A stretch of DNA of 64,000 nucleotides from NCBI GenBank assembly GCA_904063045.1, contig CAJFCJ010000006.1:3798408-3862407 (forward strand), given 5' to 3'. Shown one piece after another: positions 21,901 to 33,168 of this stretch (position 1 is its first letter; each line of letters starts with the position of its first letter). Under the pieces are notes generated by a model, which was not told the DNA's origin, did no database searches, and saw nothing but the letters and a program-made list of their open reading frames with translations. The DNA comes from Dimorphilus gyrociliatus. Taxonomy: Eukaryota > Animalia > Annelida. A program made the position numbers and the translations under genes.

Positions 21901-24285
21901 AAGCCAAATTAAGAGCTTTGGACAAACACCCTGTCAGCTTTTAACCGAGCCCCACCCCCCAAGGAGTTCTCCTATGCATTTGGTAAGGAATCGAAAAAAT
22001 ACTTTTCAATTCCATTCTCATTAATATACCTTTCCTACTTTCTTTTATCATAGTCCCCATTGATGTTTACATCCGTTGTGGATGATGTCTGCATGATAAT
22101 GAAGTTTCTGTCAAACTCTCCGGTTGTTCATATATCAGCCAATACTCATCCAGCTGTTCCTTCACCTGCCGTAACAACAATAACGGCTAGTCATAATTTT
22201 GCTGTCAACAAATGGCATAATCAAACATCCAATTCGACATCAGGTTGTAAGTATTGGAAAACTACCAAAATATTCAATTAAAACTTAATAAAATAAAATT
22301 AATAATTTAAAACGTTAAATAGCGTCTGGTCAAACTACAACAGCAGGATCATTTCAAGATAAAAATGAAAATCAACCATCTCTACCATTATCAATGGATT
22401 CTGTTCTCGGTAAGTACTTTTATCTATCATTTTATATTATTAATGTTTTAATTTAAGCAAATAAACTTGTGTATTTGTACATTTAAAGTACGTGGTAATA
22501 ACAATAATAATAATAGTAATAATCATTAAAAAAAGGTCCTGTGATATTATTTCTTTTATACAACCAGTTTTTTCTATTTTTGTACACATTGTTTTATGTG
22601 TTGTAGCATCGTCTAGAGACGGTAAGTGAATATAGTATTGAAAGGAAAATTACCCACGTATCAGCAAATTACGAAAGATGATAATTATCAAAAAAACAAA
22701 AAAAAAACCGCGACCCCTTCTTCCTTATGAACATTAGGCATCAAATAGAGAGATAGAGAGAAAAAAAAATGAGAAAACAACAACAACAGAAATTTTTCTA
22801 AGTCTTCTACAAAACACAAAGATTTACTTTTATACCTTTTTCCACTGCCTTTGTTTGAAAATGGCTGTAAAGCTTTAGCATCAATAATTACTATAAATAG
22901 TGCTATTATTTTTTGAATGAAGACTTAGAAAAAGGAAGCATGAGACTAAATATAAACAAAAAAACAAAAACAAAAGGAACAATATACTTACATAATATTC
23001 TTAAATTATAATTAGTTCCTTTTATTTGTTATTGTTGTTGTTGTTGTTGTTTATTGTTGTTTTATCTTTATTAATTATCTAATTATTATTGAATTATTCA
23101 AGCATGTTTGTTATTAGTACAATATTTTTAAAAGCGATAATATATAGTACTTGCTTTTTTTTTTCGCTTTAAAAGAGAAAAAGGAATGTTTTTTGTTACC
23201 CATAGTGATATTGTTATAATTATTTTCTTTTTGTTCTATTATCCTATAATAGCTTTATCCTTATTTAGATGATAATAATAACAATAATAATAATAATTAT
23301 ATTAATACTTAAAAAATATTATAGTTTTGGGAACTGGATTACATCGCCGCAGTCTGGGTTCGAATTTTGATCAGAGAGTTTCAACGGAATCTTGTCATTT
23401 TGTTACAACGGCCGATAATAGATATGTTATTATTTGCGGTCTATGGGATAATTCTATGAGAGTTTTATCTTTGGAAAATGCAAAATTATGTCAGTCGATT
23501 TTTGGACACCAAGATTTAGTTACTTGCGTTTCCCGATCCGAGTGCAATATTACTCAAGACTGTTATATTGTGAGTGGTTCGAGGGATTGTACTGTAATGC
23601 TTTGGCACTGGAGTGCCAAGTCTCACGCCATTGTTGGCGACAATGCTTCAATCGATACACCAACTCCTAAGGCCATTTTAACGGGTCATCATTCAACAAT
23701 AAGTTCGGTTGTAGTATCGGCAGAACTCGGAATAGTTGTTTCTGCGTCGGCGGAAGGTCCCGTTCTAGTACATTCGAACAACGGAGAATTATTAAGATCT
23801 CTCGAGTCACCCGATAAATGTAGCGGAGCTAGCATGTTAACTTTGAATAGAGAAGGTGTTATAGCAGTCTCTTATAACCAAGGTCAAATTATAGCAAATT
23901 TCTCTATAAATGGCAAATTACAAAAGTCAGTTGAAAATGAAAATGGAGTATCAGCTATGTGTATGTCGAGAGATGGGCAATATTTGTTGGTCGGCTCCTT
24001 AGCTGGTATAGTTCAAGTTTGGAGAACTCACGACCTAAACGTTCTTCATACGTTCCCCGAAGGAGATGCTAAAGTCAGATCGATAGCATTGTCTCACGAT
24101 CAAAAGTAATTTTTTATTAATATAAAGATTTTTTTTTTGCCCTATTGTCTTTTCTAACTATTTATTTTCCTCTTTTGACAAATAGATATCTCCTATGCGG
24201 TTTGGCTACGGGATGCGTTGTGGTATTTAATATTGATTTTAACAAATGGCATCACGAATATCAAGATAAATATAGCAAAGCTTAG
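9971..24285 (+). CDS. NBEA: Neurobeachin/LRBA (rugose) BEACH-domain protein, many exons
   Basis: N-terminus [27 protein letters not shown]|LVGG; ConA-like [18 protein letters not shown]; two acidic inserts; DUF1088 [31 protein letters not shown]; [60 protein letters not shown]; WD40 repeats; ends [19 protein letters not shown]. Confidence 0.96.
11396..12766 (+). CDS. Intronless RING (C3HC4) - coiled coil - NHL/beta-propeller-like protein (TRIM-like, no evident B-box), nested on the same strand in NBEA intron 11301-12820
   Basis: 456-aa ORF; [18 protein letters not shown]; heptad-rich segment; C-terminal beta-strand repeats such as [26 protein letters not shown] and [18 protein letters not shown]. 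Confidence 0.85.
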   Translation: MSDVFACKLCDTDFIDKDPRILPCSHTFCKECLEEQFSESSLNSCDSFLCWTCKRSVEWPLLGASGFPENVYVKTNEAKQYTNNSKDSITPKMDLIDKEKEEIFDEIDKHEREVMEQVKDMICKLKLDAKEIYRQKREKQARCRDAIASKVLTSSKDSSNRLIFSEKAILEKNIKLSSRVVRVHPEACSSSEEKFTNRIKTDCRILDIHVTNREILLLLESNELRKLTKDGKAYNTLKIRLLKKITRDGWMTEKDDLIGLGNGESKELLFFTRHQLFKQDELSTSEDFILKPIFTEKALTSVYVSNNNIFVISFDHIYKIDFDGFICWKKQICNKIYFPINQNKLFVMDQNGLHLLLVNCVSNLERVKNRELQSYFYYITKSFALFDDKFVVVCQKLRCILVFITIEDNCCRLSKRIDLLYEPSCVSVDIFRRGLYVIEKLQDNSIINFIDLTMFL

Positions 24286-24652
24286 AAAGAAAGATACTAA
24301 CAAGCAAAAAAGTTCCGACAATCTGTGATTGATTCAATTATTTTAGGCGTTTTTGTGATTTATTTTTCCTTTACAAAATGTGTTTAGGATTTAAAAATAT
24401 GAAAGAAAAAGGACATTTATTATAAATCTAATAATAGATGTATTTAGTTCTCTATATCGACATATCTATGTATCTATCTATCTATATATGTATTTATAAT
24501 GTTTTTCCTCTATTTTGTTATTTTATTTATTGTTTTAATGAGCATATCAAAGTTTACTTATCAAAGCAAAATTTCCCCCTAATTGAAAAGTTTACAGAGT
24601 GAAAAAGCAAACATTAATCGCTGTTAATTGAATTTTATTTTTATCTCGCTCA

Positions 24653-24684
24653 CCCTCCCTCCCTCCCTCCCTCCCTCCCTCCCT
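24653..24684. repeat. (CCCT)8 microsatellite; the minus strand (AGGG)8 could form a G-quadruplex
   Basis: Read directly from the sequence downstream of the NBEA stop. Confidence 0.9.
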
Positions 24685-25182
24685 ACTACAATCTTCCTTT
24701 TAGATATATATATATATACGTTGCAGTATATATTGTATTCTTCCTTTTCCACACCTCCCTAAAGCCCCCCCCCTCCCTTTCATTTCATTCTCAACACAAG
24801 AAACAACAAACATTCCAAACTTTTTCGAGGACCAAATCGCCTACGTTTAAATAAACGAATGCTAAAATTGTACAGAAACACAATTTCATTCCTGTTAGGA
24901 TGTGAAAATGATATAAAATATACTGAATTCTATTATTGCCGTGTGTGAAAATATATTCATTATTATTTATATTTTAAATCGTTTTAAGAAATTTGGACAA
25001 TGTTTCGATGAATTATAATTTTTATGGTAGTCAATAATACTAGTATTTGAATAATAAATGAAGTCAGATTATAGTTTAATATTAAACATTTGAATATTTA
25101 AATGAGAAGTGAAAATTTTTAACAGTCGAAACAAAAAAAAATTCAAGAAAACATCTTTTATTATTGTTTTTATTAAAAAAAA

Positions 25183-26794
25183 ATGGGTCGAGAAATTGTC
25201 AGTTTGAACGTTGGACAAGCCGGTTGCGAGTTGGCAACGTCTGTCTGGCAATTATATGCAGCTGAGCATAATATAGACGCTAATGGAAAGAGATCAAAGG
25301 AGAGGTCTGAAGAGGACGGTTGTGATTGCTTTTTTGCGGAAACTCTTTCTGGTCAATTCGTTCCAAGAACCATTTTACTTGATTCAGAGCCAACAGTAGT
25401 TGATAAAATTAGAAATAGTAATCAGAAACATCTTTTTCATCCAAGCTATATTATAAATGGAAAAGAGGACGCCGCTTCGAATTTTGCTCGTGCCTACTTT
25501 CAGATATCTAGCGCTCAAACTAACGTAAGAATGAGCGTTTTATTAGTATTCTTCTCGTTTTAAACCGATTTAGATTGGTAATGCTTTTCGTTTCTAAAAT
25601 TTTCTGTAGCTAATGTCCCAATTGGACGAACAAATTCGGAAATTAGTCGAGAACTGTGATAATCTTCAGGGATTCTTTATGCTTCATTCTTTCGGTGGTG
25701 GAACTGGAGCTGGTTTAACAGCAAAGCTAATGGAAATTATGTCAAGGGAATATGAAAAGAAGACAAAATTTTCTTTTTCTATCTATCCGTCTTCCGAAAT
25801 ATCTCCCGTCATAGTGGAACCTTATAATGCTGTACACGCTTCTCACCACATGATGGATCATAGTGATTGCTGCTTTCTATACGATAACGAAGCAATTTTT
25901 GATATTTGCCAAAATCGCTTAGGAGTAGAACAGCCGTCTTACGTCAATTTGAACCGACTAATTTCACAAGTATCATCCTTATCTTATAAAAAAATTAATT
26001 GTTTACTCTAATAATACGGAATTTCCTTTTATCATCTTTTTTAGGTTCTTAGTTCCATTACGGCTTCTTTAAGATTTACAGGTTGTCTAAATGTTGATTT
26101 AGCGGAGTTTCAAACAAATTTAGTGCCTTATCCACGTATTCACTTCCCTTTGACCTCTTTTTCACCCTTTATACCACCTTCCAGTGTAAATCACGAAAGG
26201 ATGAGTGCAAAGCAACTGACATCTGATGCCTTTGAGCCTCATAGTCAGATGGTAAAATGTGAGCCTTTGAAACATCAATTTATGGCTTGTTGTATGCTAT
26301 ATAGGGGAGATTTTACACCTAAAGATGTTAATTCAGCTATACAGTTCCTCCGAGGATCAAGATCTTTGTCGTTTGTCGACTGGTCCGTATGAAACTATAT
26401 TAATAATTATCTTAAAATCTATATTTATTTGCCTAGGTGTCCGACTGGGTTTAAAGTAGGAATAAATAGCCAATCGCCAATAACAGTTGCAGATTCCGAT
26501 CAGGGAAACACTAACAGAGCACTCTGTATGCTATCGAATAATACCGCAATATCTGGATCTTGGAAATCTCTTGGCCGTAAATTTGATTTAATGTTTAGAA
26601 AAAGAGCATTCGTACATTGGTACGTAATAGAAGGAATGGAGGAGGGAGAGTTTAACGAAGCACGCTACGATCTAGCAGCTCTGGAAAAGGATTACGAAGA
26701 AGTTTCAGCTGAAACTGTTGACAATTCTGAATCTTGCGTCAAGAGCACTGCAGTTAATTCAATTAACAATCTTCCAATGAAGGTCATCACTTGA
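25183..26794 (+). CDS. TUBA: Highly divergent alpha-tubulin, 4 exons
   Basis: [125 protein letters not shown]. Confidence 0.92.
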
Positions 26795-26865
26795 AAAACA
26801 TCGTTTTTAATTCTTATTTCATTTAATGTATTTAATAAAAATTGAATAGAACAAAACTACAAAAC

Positions 26866-28668
26866 CTATTGACTAGAATTCTTGCTTGTTTCTTCATCTT
26901 TATCTCTCTTCTCTTCGGCTTTCTTATCATCTTCCTGCATTTTCATCGATGTTATTCTTCTACTTCGGCAGCGGTCTCTTAGCTTTTTCGGTACACAGGG
27001 CCAAAAGGTATCGAGATACGACAACATCATGTTAGGTCTTATTCTATGGTTTTCCCTGAAGATGGCGCTAAGGACCATTCCTATGAAGACCGTAAGGACA
27101 ATTCCAATAGAAGTATTCCATAAGTAGGATAGGGAGTAGAATTTTTTAATACCTGAAATAACTTCGTTTGGCACTGTAGAGACTACGGGAGCTACTGTTG
27201 ATATATTAGAAACTATGCAACCTGACGTAGATACTGGCAAATTATCAAGTACATTAGGTTTCGTAACAAAAGCACCTAAGGAAAGCCACATTGAAATTCC
27301 CAAACCAACAATTGAACCAATTAAAGATCCAATTTGACCGGACCAAGGAACGAAAACAGCCAGCAAAAACATACCTACAAGAGGACTACCAAGACTTCCG
27401 TTGAGGGTTAGAGACATTTGTAGAACTGTGCCCTGTAAACGACCAACAGCAAAAGCCGCTCCAATACTAAACGCACCAAATACAACAACAAGAAATTTTG
27501 TCAATTTTGTGGCCGTTTTGTCATCTTCAATTTTGACAAAGGCCGAAAGAATGTCCTTCCATAAGACGGCAGCTAGCGAATTTAACATGGATGAAATTGA
27601 GCTTAACGCACCACTTAATATGCAGGCGACGAAGAGTCCAGGTAATCCTTTAGCATCACTTAGAACGTCCATAACAAAATATGGTAGTAATTGGTTACTA
27701 TTGGAAATCTTTCCAGAGGATAGTGGGTCGCAATTTTCGTATCTAGCATACATAACCAATCCCGTCAGACAGCATAAAGATATAATAATAGCCATCCCGG
27801 GTGCATTGAACAACAAAGCCAACCTAGCCTGATTCAATGTCTTCGTACTCGTAAACCTTTGAACCATTTGCTGATCTACACTATACGGAGGTAACCAAAC
27901 GAAAAAGATTCCTATTGTTAAAGACCAAAATGTATGCCTTATAGTTGGATCAAAACTCCATAAGTTGTTCAATTTTAGTCTACCACCCCTATCAGCTATC
28001 TTCCAAACTTCGTTCATACCTCCCACCGATATTGAACCCTTTATAATTACCGCTAACATTCCGCAAAACATTAACAACATTTGAAAGACGTCAGTCCAAA
28101 CTACAGCTTTCATACCGCCTATTGTCGTATAAAAAGTTGCTACAGCACCTGTAGCAACAATCGCAGCCCATGTTGGTAACGGGGTTACGGCTGACAGGGC
28201 AGTGGCTGGACCGTACAAAACGATACCAGCTCCAATTACGGCTCTTAAACAGAATAGTAGAGCTGCAATCCTCCTTATAAGAGTTCCATTGTATCTTGAT
28301 TCTAGATACTCGAAAACAGTTAATATATTTAATTTATGAAAAAAAGGACCAAAAACAAAAGCTCCTAGAAAAGGTGGTAGTACAGCACCAACAATTGATA
28401 TCCAATAGATGGATCCTCTAAGATATATTTCAGCAGGAGTTCCCAATAATGTTGAAGCGGAAAAAAAGCTGGCTAGGATACTTAGAGCAACAGGAACGAA
28501 ATTTAAGCTCTTCCCTGCTTGTAGAGCTTCTGTTGTTGATGACGACCCACCCCTACAGGCTTGATATATACCGATAGACGAAGAAAGTAATAATAAAGCC
28601 GCAAATAAAACATAGTCAACAGCTGTAAAAGACGAGACCATATTCTCTTTTAATGATATTAACACCAT
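26866..28668 (-). CDS. SLC5A8: SLC5 sodium:solute symporter, SMCT/SMVT/NIS (SLC5A5/6/8/12) clade, intronless
   Basis: 600 aa with multiple TM segments; DYVLFAALLLLSSSIGIY, VPVALSILASFFSASTLLGTPAEIY, TIGGMKAVVWTDVFQ, DQQMVQRF, NSNQLLPYFVMD, PGLFVACILSGALSSISSMLNSLA. The exact orthologue is uncertain. Confidence 0.88.
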   Translation of the reverse strand: MVLISLKENMVSSFTAVDYVLFAALLLLSSSIGIYQACRGGSSSTTEALQAGKSLNFVPVALSILASFFSASTLLGTPAEIYLRGSIYWISIVGAVLPPFLGAFVFGPFFHKLNILTVFEYLESRYNGTLIRRIAALLFCLRAVIGAGIVLYGPATALSAVTPLPTWAAIVATGAVATFYTTIGGMKAVVWTDVFQMLLMFCGMLAVIIKGSISVGGMNEVWKIADRGGRLKLNNLWSFDPTIRHTFWSLTIGIFFVWLPPYSVDQQMVQRFTSTKTLNQARLALLFNAPGMAIIISLCCLTGLVMYARYENCDPLSSGKISNSNQLLPYFVMDVLSDAKGLPGLFVACILSGALSSISSMLNSLAAVLWKDILSAFVKIEDDKTATKLTKFLVVVFGAFSIGAAFAVGRLQGTVLQMSLTLNGSLGSPLVGMFLLAVFVPWSGQIGSLIGSIVGLGISMWLSLGAFVTKPNVLDNLPVSTSGCIVSNISTVAPVVSTVPNEVISGIKKFYSLSYLWNTSIGIVLTVFIGMVLSAIFRENHRIRPNMMLSYLDTFWPCVPKKLRDRCRSRRITSMKMQEDDKKAEEKRDKDEETSKNSSQ

Positions 28669-29226
28669 AAATATAACAAGATTCGACTGATAAACTATCG
28701 ATTAGCCTACGTTAATAGGTTACATCTAAATAGTTATTATCTTTTCAATTTTTAAATAGGCCATCACATCGCTGTCTACCAAAGAGAAAATCATCAGAAA
28801 AGTTACTTTCTGAATGAAGAACAGTTACAGGCTTAAAGCCTACAAACTTAAAAGTTTTACAGATTATGCAAATAATTAGATCACCTGACGAAACTGACCT
28901 TTAAAAATCATAATAATATCGTTTAATTAATAATTTTAGGAGTATTCCTTATAAAAAAATAAGTCGTTTTTTCTATATATATATATATATACAATATATA
29001 AACATGCAATTTTTTATCTATTAAGCGCCAAGGCTATTAAGCAAAGTTATTCATAAAGAAATCTGTTGCAAAGAGTGAAGGTTGTATCATTTATTCATGT
29101 GGAAAGGAAACATTTATTAAGTTATCTATTCCTTTGCCTTTAATAGCCAGTTTTTCTTAATTGTGTTAAGTAAATAATAACTCAATTTCTCTACCAATTT
29201 TATAGAGTACAATCGACACAAATAGC

Positions 29227-30896
29227 ATGGATATTTTCAAGGTTTTAATCATCTTTGGTGTTTTTTCTATATTTAAATTTTCGGAGGCAAAAAAGCCTAA
29301 TATAATATTTATATTGGCTGATGACTATGGTTGGCAAGATATTGGATATCACAGCAGTGATATAAGAACACCAACTTTGGATAAATTAGCAGGTTCTGGT
29401 ATCCGCCTTGAGAATTATTACGTTCAGCCTATATGTACGCCCACCAGATCTCAATTAATGTCAGGCAGATATCAAGTTAGTTTACAATTCTATGAAATCT
29501 AATGTTACTCCTTCTTATGTTTATTTTGATAATTTTAATGATAAAAAACGACCAATTAATTTGTCCTTTTTATAGATACATACTGGACTACAACACGGCA
29601 TTATATGGCCTACGCAACCGAATGGTTTACCCTTATCTGATCCAACAGTTGCCGATAAACTAAAAGAGGCTGGGTATTCAACTCATATGGTGGGAAAATG
29701 GCATCTGGGTTTTTATAAAGAAGAATATTTACCAATTAATAGGGGTTTTGATTCGTACTATGGCTATTTAACGGGTTCAGAAGACTATTATACTCATAAG
29801 AGATGCGGTGGTACACCACCCTCAAATGACTTCTATTGTGGGCTTGATTTAAGGAATAATAAAGAGCCTGTTAGAAATGAAACAGGACATTACTCAGCCG
29901 AATTGTTCGGCGAAAAAGCTATTCAAGTAATAAAAGATCATAATAAGAATAATCCATTATTTCTTTATATGGCTTTTCAATCTGTTCACGCTCCACTTCA
30001 AGTTCCAGAAAGATATCTTAAATATTACAAACATGTACAGGATAAAGATAGACGAACTTATGCAGGCATGGTCACGGCCATGGATGAAGCTATTTTTAAT
30101 TTAACTGAGCAATTAAAAGCTAAAGGCATGTGGGACGATACAATTCTCGTTTTTTCAACCGATAATGGCGGTCAGTTCCACGCAGGCGGAAGCAACTGGC
30201 CATTAAGAGGTATGAAAGCTACACTTTGGGAAGGTGGAATGAGAGGTATAGGGTTTGTTCATAGCAAACTAATACCAGAAAATAGAAGGGGAACAGTTTC
30301 AAAAGAGCTCTATCACGTCACCGATTGGTTTCCAACATTTGTCAAAGGTGTAGCTAAAGGATCACTTAATGGAACCAAGTTGGACGGTCATAATATATGG
30401 GATAGTATTGTTCACGGAAGAGTGAGCCCTAGGCATGAAATATTACACAACATAGATATTCTAACCCCAAAATCTGGAAAACCAATATTTCCCAACTACT
30501 TCGATACTTCTATAAGAGCGGCATATAGATACAGGGATTGGAAAATAATAACAGGAAATCCAGGTAAGTGAAGATTAAAAATTAGGTTAGAGTTCTGAAG
30601 GTTATTTCCATTTTCAAGGAGCTGGAATATGGTACCCAAAACGATTTGCAACTAACACAAGTTCCACTCTATTTGAAAAACATAATGAACAAGGAAAAAA
30701 TTGCTGGCTTTTCAACATAAGAGATGACCCTGAGGAAAGAGTTGACCTTTCACTAAAAAGGCCAGAAATGGTCAAATTTTTGTTAACTAGGTTGAGTTTA
30801 TTGAATGAGACAGCAGTGCCTGTTAGATATCCCGCTGCTGACCCTAAAGCAAATCCTGAACTTCATGGCGGTGTCTGGGGACCTTGGAGAAAATGA
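29227..30896 (+). CDS. ARSB: Arylsulfatase B-like sulfatase, 3 exons, secreted/lysosomal
   Basis: Signal peptide; [19 protein letters not shown]; formylglycine motif [17 protein letters not shown]; VGKWHLG; FSTDNGG; ends GGVWGPWRK* at 30896. Confidence 0.93.
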
Positions 30897-31284
30897 TGAG
30901 CTATTTAGCAAATATATTCATTCCAACAGCTTAACCAAGCTTCATATGATTTTATACTAGTATATTTTTAATTAAAGATAAAGTCTACTTTGAACTTATA
31001 GCGCAATAATTCCAAAGACTTCATTGATTTTTTTCCATTCAAAAATTTGTAAAGCCCACTTCAAAAAAAAGCGATAAGCAGAATATTGTAATCAATCGAA
31101 AGTGTTAAAGTTATCATGAATTAGAGGAGAAAATGAGAACTAATCGGGGCTCTCCTTTCAAAAAGAATAGCCATTTAGAAGCCTAGCTTTAGAAAAATAT
31201 GTATTATTACTTTTAATCAGATCAAAAATATTCTAAACTAGATGATAGTCGAATATTATCACTGAATGGGGTTCGACTTTGATT

Positions 31285-32826
31285 TTAATGAGTCATTTGA
31301 AAATTTCTTGTGTAGGAGGCATCCAATTGTTCCAATTTTGGAAGTATAAGCATCATCTTGCGACGGTAATTTGGACAAATACGATTCGTGTCTTCCGAAT
31401 CTCTCCAAATGGGATTTCTTTCCATGTAGACAGTTTTTAGATTCTTAAGTGAAGCCAAATATTCAACTTCTTTCCAGTTTTCTACTTTGTTATCGTTAAA
31501 CTGGAAAGAGGAAATCCGTAAATGAATTGCAACCCTTTTTATGTAATACTACTTCAAAATACCTTATATAAAGCCCTAAATTGAGCAAAAAGAGAAAAAA
31601 TCTAACTAATTGTTAACAATTTGTCTCTTACCCAAAGCTCTTCGAGTTTCTCCAAATGAGATATGTTTTCTATCTTCTCAATGAAGTTCCCCGCTACGTC
31701 CAGTGTCTCGAGTTTCAACTACGTAAAATTTTAATGTGAAGATAGTTAAAAAGAAAAAATCTAAAAACAATTTACTAGGTTGTCAAGATTTTCTAGTTTC
31801 TTGATGCCGTTGTGACTGATATAAAGCTGTTCCAAGTTGACTAAGGTGTCCAATCCTTCGATTTTTAATATTCTATTGCTCTAAAATAGGTTAATATTAT
31901 TTTATGAAGGTTTAACGATTTATCTATGTTTATTCTTACCTGAATACTCAATACTGTTAGATTGACAAGGGGTTCTAAGTTCTCCAGCCTTGAAATTTTA
32001 TTTTTTCCAACAAATAAACTTTTCAGATTAGACAAACTTTCCAAATTTTCCAGGTCCTAAATAAAAAATTAATCGTTTATTTTAAGCTTCTAAGAGGTAT
32101 TCTATTCTGTATTTTAACTAACTCTTATCTTATTCGCTCCCAATTCTAAGAGCTCCAAGTCCTTTAGTTCTGAGATATTTTCAATTTTTTCGATTTTATT
32201 CTGAACGAGAAATAATTTTTTTAGTTTCTTCAAAGTATCCAAATTTTCAATCTTGCGTAAACGATTAAATGAAATATCGAGGCTCTCTAAATTCACAAGA
32301 TCTTCGATATTTTCTATTCTTTCGAGGATATTGTCGTAGAATTCCAGTTCTTTCAATGTTCCAGCAACGCATGATAAATTTTCGATTTTCTTAATCAAAT
32401 TTTGACGGAAACAAATTCCCTATAAGAAAGAATTAAACATTTAAAATATTTATCTTAGGTTCTTAAGATTTGCAATTTAAATTTCACCTCAACTTTTGTC
32501 AAGGGCTCTAAATTTGAAATTTTTCCGATCCTCGAATGATTAAGATCCAAATACTGCAAAATAACACTGATAGCTAAACTCAACTGAAATAATAAAATAT
32601 ATAAGACTTACAGTTGTCTCTGGATCCGAAATAGTTATTTCTTGTTCGGTTAAATCCTCGGTTGCTAAAAAGAAGACGTTAATTTTGTAATAGAAATAAA
32701 TGGCATCCAAATATTTCCTTAGAAGGTTATCTCCAATATACAGTAATTAATTCAGTTATAGAATGATCAATTCTATTTCATTTTACTTTAAAACTCACCT
32801 TTATCATTTTCTGTTATATCAGCCAT
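31285..32826 (-). CDS. PPP1R7: Protein phosphatase 1 regulatory subunit 7 (sds22), LRR protein, multi-exon
   Basis: LRRs LKELEFYDNILERIENIEDLVNLESLDISFNRLRKIENL and LELGANKIR; LRR cap ERNPIW..NYRRKMMLILPKLEQLDA; ATG at 32826. Confidence 0.92.
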
Positions 32827-33168
32827 ATTTTAAGTCTGATATTAACTACAGACCTATTGTGTACGTGTGGTTCAAAGTTCCGTAACGGATGTGACAAAAA
32901 ACTAAAAATTACAGAAGACTGAACCACATTATCTCATGTATTCAAAAAAAATTCTATCTCCTTATAAGTCTTCACAATTTTTATACTTACTAAAGTGATA
33001 TAAAAAAAACAAATTGATTATGCATTCAAATAATAGTTTATTATATAACAATTAGTTTTGATTACTAATATTAATCGAAATAATACAAAACAATTCACTT
33101 TAATAAATAGTAAGAGTTGAATAAAAAAACCTAGAAAAAAAGGATATTTAAAAGTTTTATTTTTTTAA

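Noticed and set aside
22480-23320. (AAT)n, (GTT)n and poly-A/T runs in NBEA introns as a structured repeat array or CRISPR-like locus
   Set aside because: Simple microsatellites with no repeat-spacer periodicity, in a eukaryotic context
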